DNA of 63,980 nt, filler included, from Basidioascus undulatus (taxonomy: Eukaryota), in assembly GCA_000826855.1 (NCBI GenBank). It is 11 parts of 11 records of this genome, joined end to end, with 100 filler letters (N's around TTAATTAATTAA, not from the genome) between each part and the next. Parts side by side here need not be neighbours in the genome. Positions count along the whole stretch, not along the records: positions 60,185 to 63,980 come from JTLS01002318.1; 10 more parts are not named here. One strand, written 5' to 3'. Every line of letters starts with the position of its first letter. Position 1 is the stretch's first letter. Both the position numbers and the translations under genes were made by a program. This document shows positions 63,632-63,980 of this stretch, piece by piece. Under the pieces are notes generated by a model that saw nothing but the letters and a program-made list of their open reading frames with translations, ran no database searches and was not told where the DNA came from.

Positions 63632-63980
63632 TCAAGCCACCACTCGTTCGCTCACTCTCGTGTGCTCCAGCTTGCCGTCCATCCCGCGCCGCCCGACCTG
63701 CCGAAGCGGCCAGCGCCAGCAAGCGGCGAGCCTCGCACTGTCGGCCAGCAGGGCGGCTTTGACCTTCAGCGCGAGACAGGTAATAACGGCGAGTTCTTGG
63801 GCCTCCGCGGGGAGGGTACGCGAGATAGACAGGTGTGTGCGGGTCGCGGCTAGTTGCGCAGCGAGGAAGGGGCCGGGGAAGGGGGAGTAGAATGGGGGGA
63901 CCGGGAACATTTGCGCGAAGTGGGCTCGTGAGGGAGAGCGAGGCGATGGAACAGCGAGGAACGTCCACTCCTCAGACTTG
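63632..63980 (-). CDS. Hypothetical protein, 3' fragment
   Basis: Open frame KSEEWTFL...FAQMFPVPPFYSPFPGPFLAAQL...LAACWRWPLRQ from the window end. No family recognised. Confidence 0.4.
   Translation of the reverse strand, partial: KSEEWTFLAVPSPRSPSRAHFAQMFPVPPFYSPFPGPFLAAQLAATRTHLSISRTLPAEAQELAVITCLALKVKAALLADSARLAACWRWPLRQVGRRGMDGKLEHTRVSERVVA

Noticed and set aside
56289..63980. LanC-like gene near a methyltransferase as a lanthipeptide/RiPP cluster
   Set aside because: They are on different contigs separated by a spacer, the methyltransferase is a housekeeping METTL25-like type, and no dehydratase or precursor is visible.

Overview
This window is not one locus. It is 11 unlinked contigs of an intron-rich, GC-rich eukaryote (a basidiomycete fungus by gene content and GT(A/G)(C/A)GT...YAG introns), joined by artificial 100-nt spacers (44 N + TTAATTAATTAA + 44 N). 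Ten contigs are about 3.8 kb and one is 24.8 kb (3930-28732), so gene neighbourhoods across spacers mean nothing. Recognisable spliced genes are NDUFA5, SOG2 (part), PMT1, FUR1, an Esc1-like bHLH factor, MED13 (part), an F-box/LRR-like gene, LSM4, MRP51, HMG-CoA lyase, coactosin, a PWI/SRRM1 protein, NUP98 (part), a PalH/Rim21/Rra1-like membrane protein, a membrane DnaJ, a ~15-exon MFS transporter, TRAPPC2L, a METTL25-like methyltransferase and a LanC-like protein, plus one tRNA-Glu(CTC). The long contig also carries three decayed metabolic genes (nitrilase, old yellow enzyme, sugar porter). I cannot establish a new biological system. The best lead is a ~450-nt intergenic segment (50266-50735) with nested complementary helices and no credible protein, a candidate unannotated structured RNA. 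Two probable chimeric joins and an Illumina adapter remnant are also visible. All family calls come from motifs recognised by eye; no database search was run.
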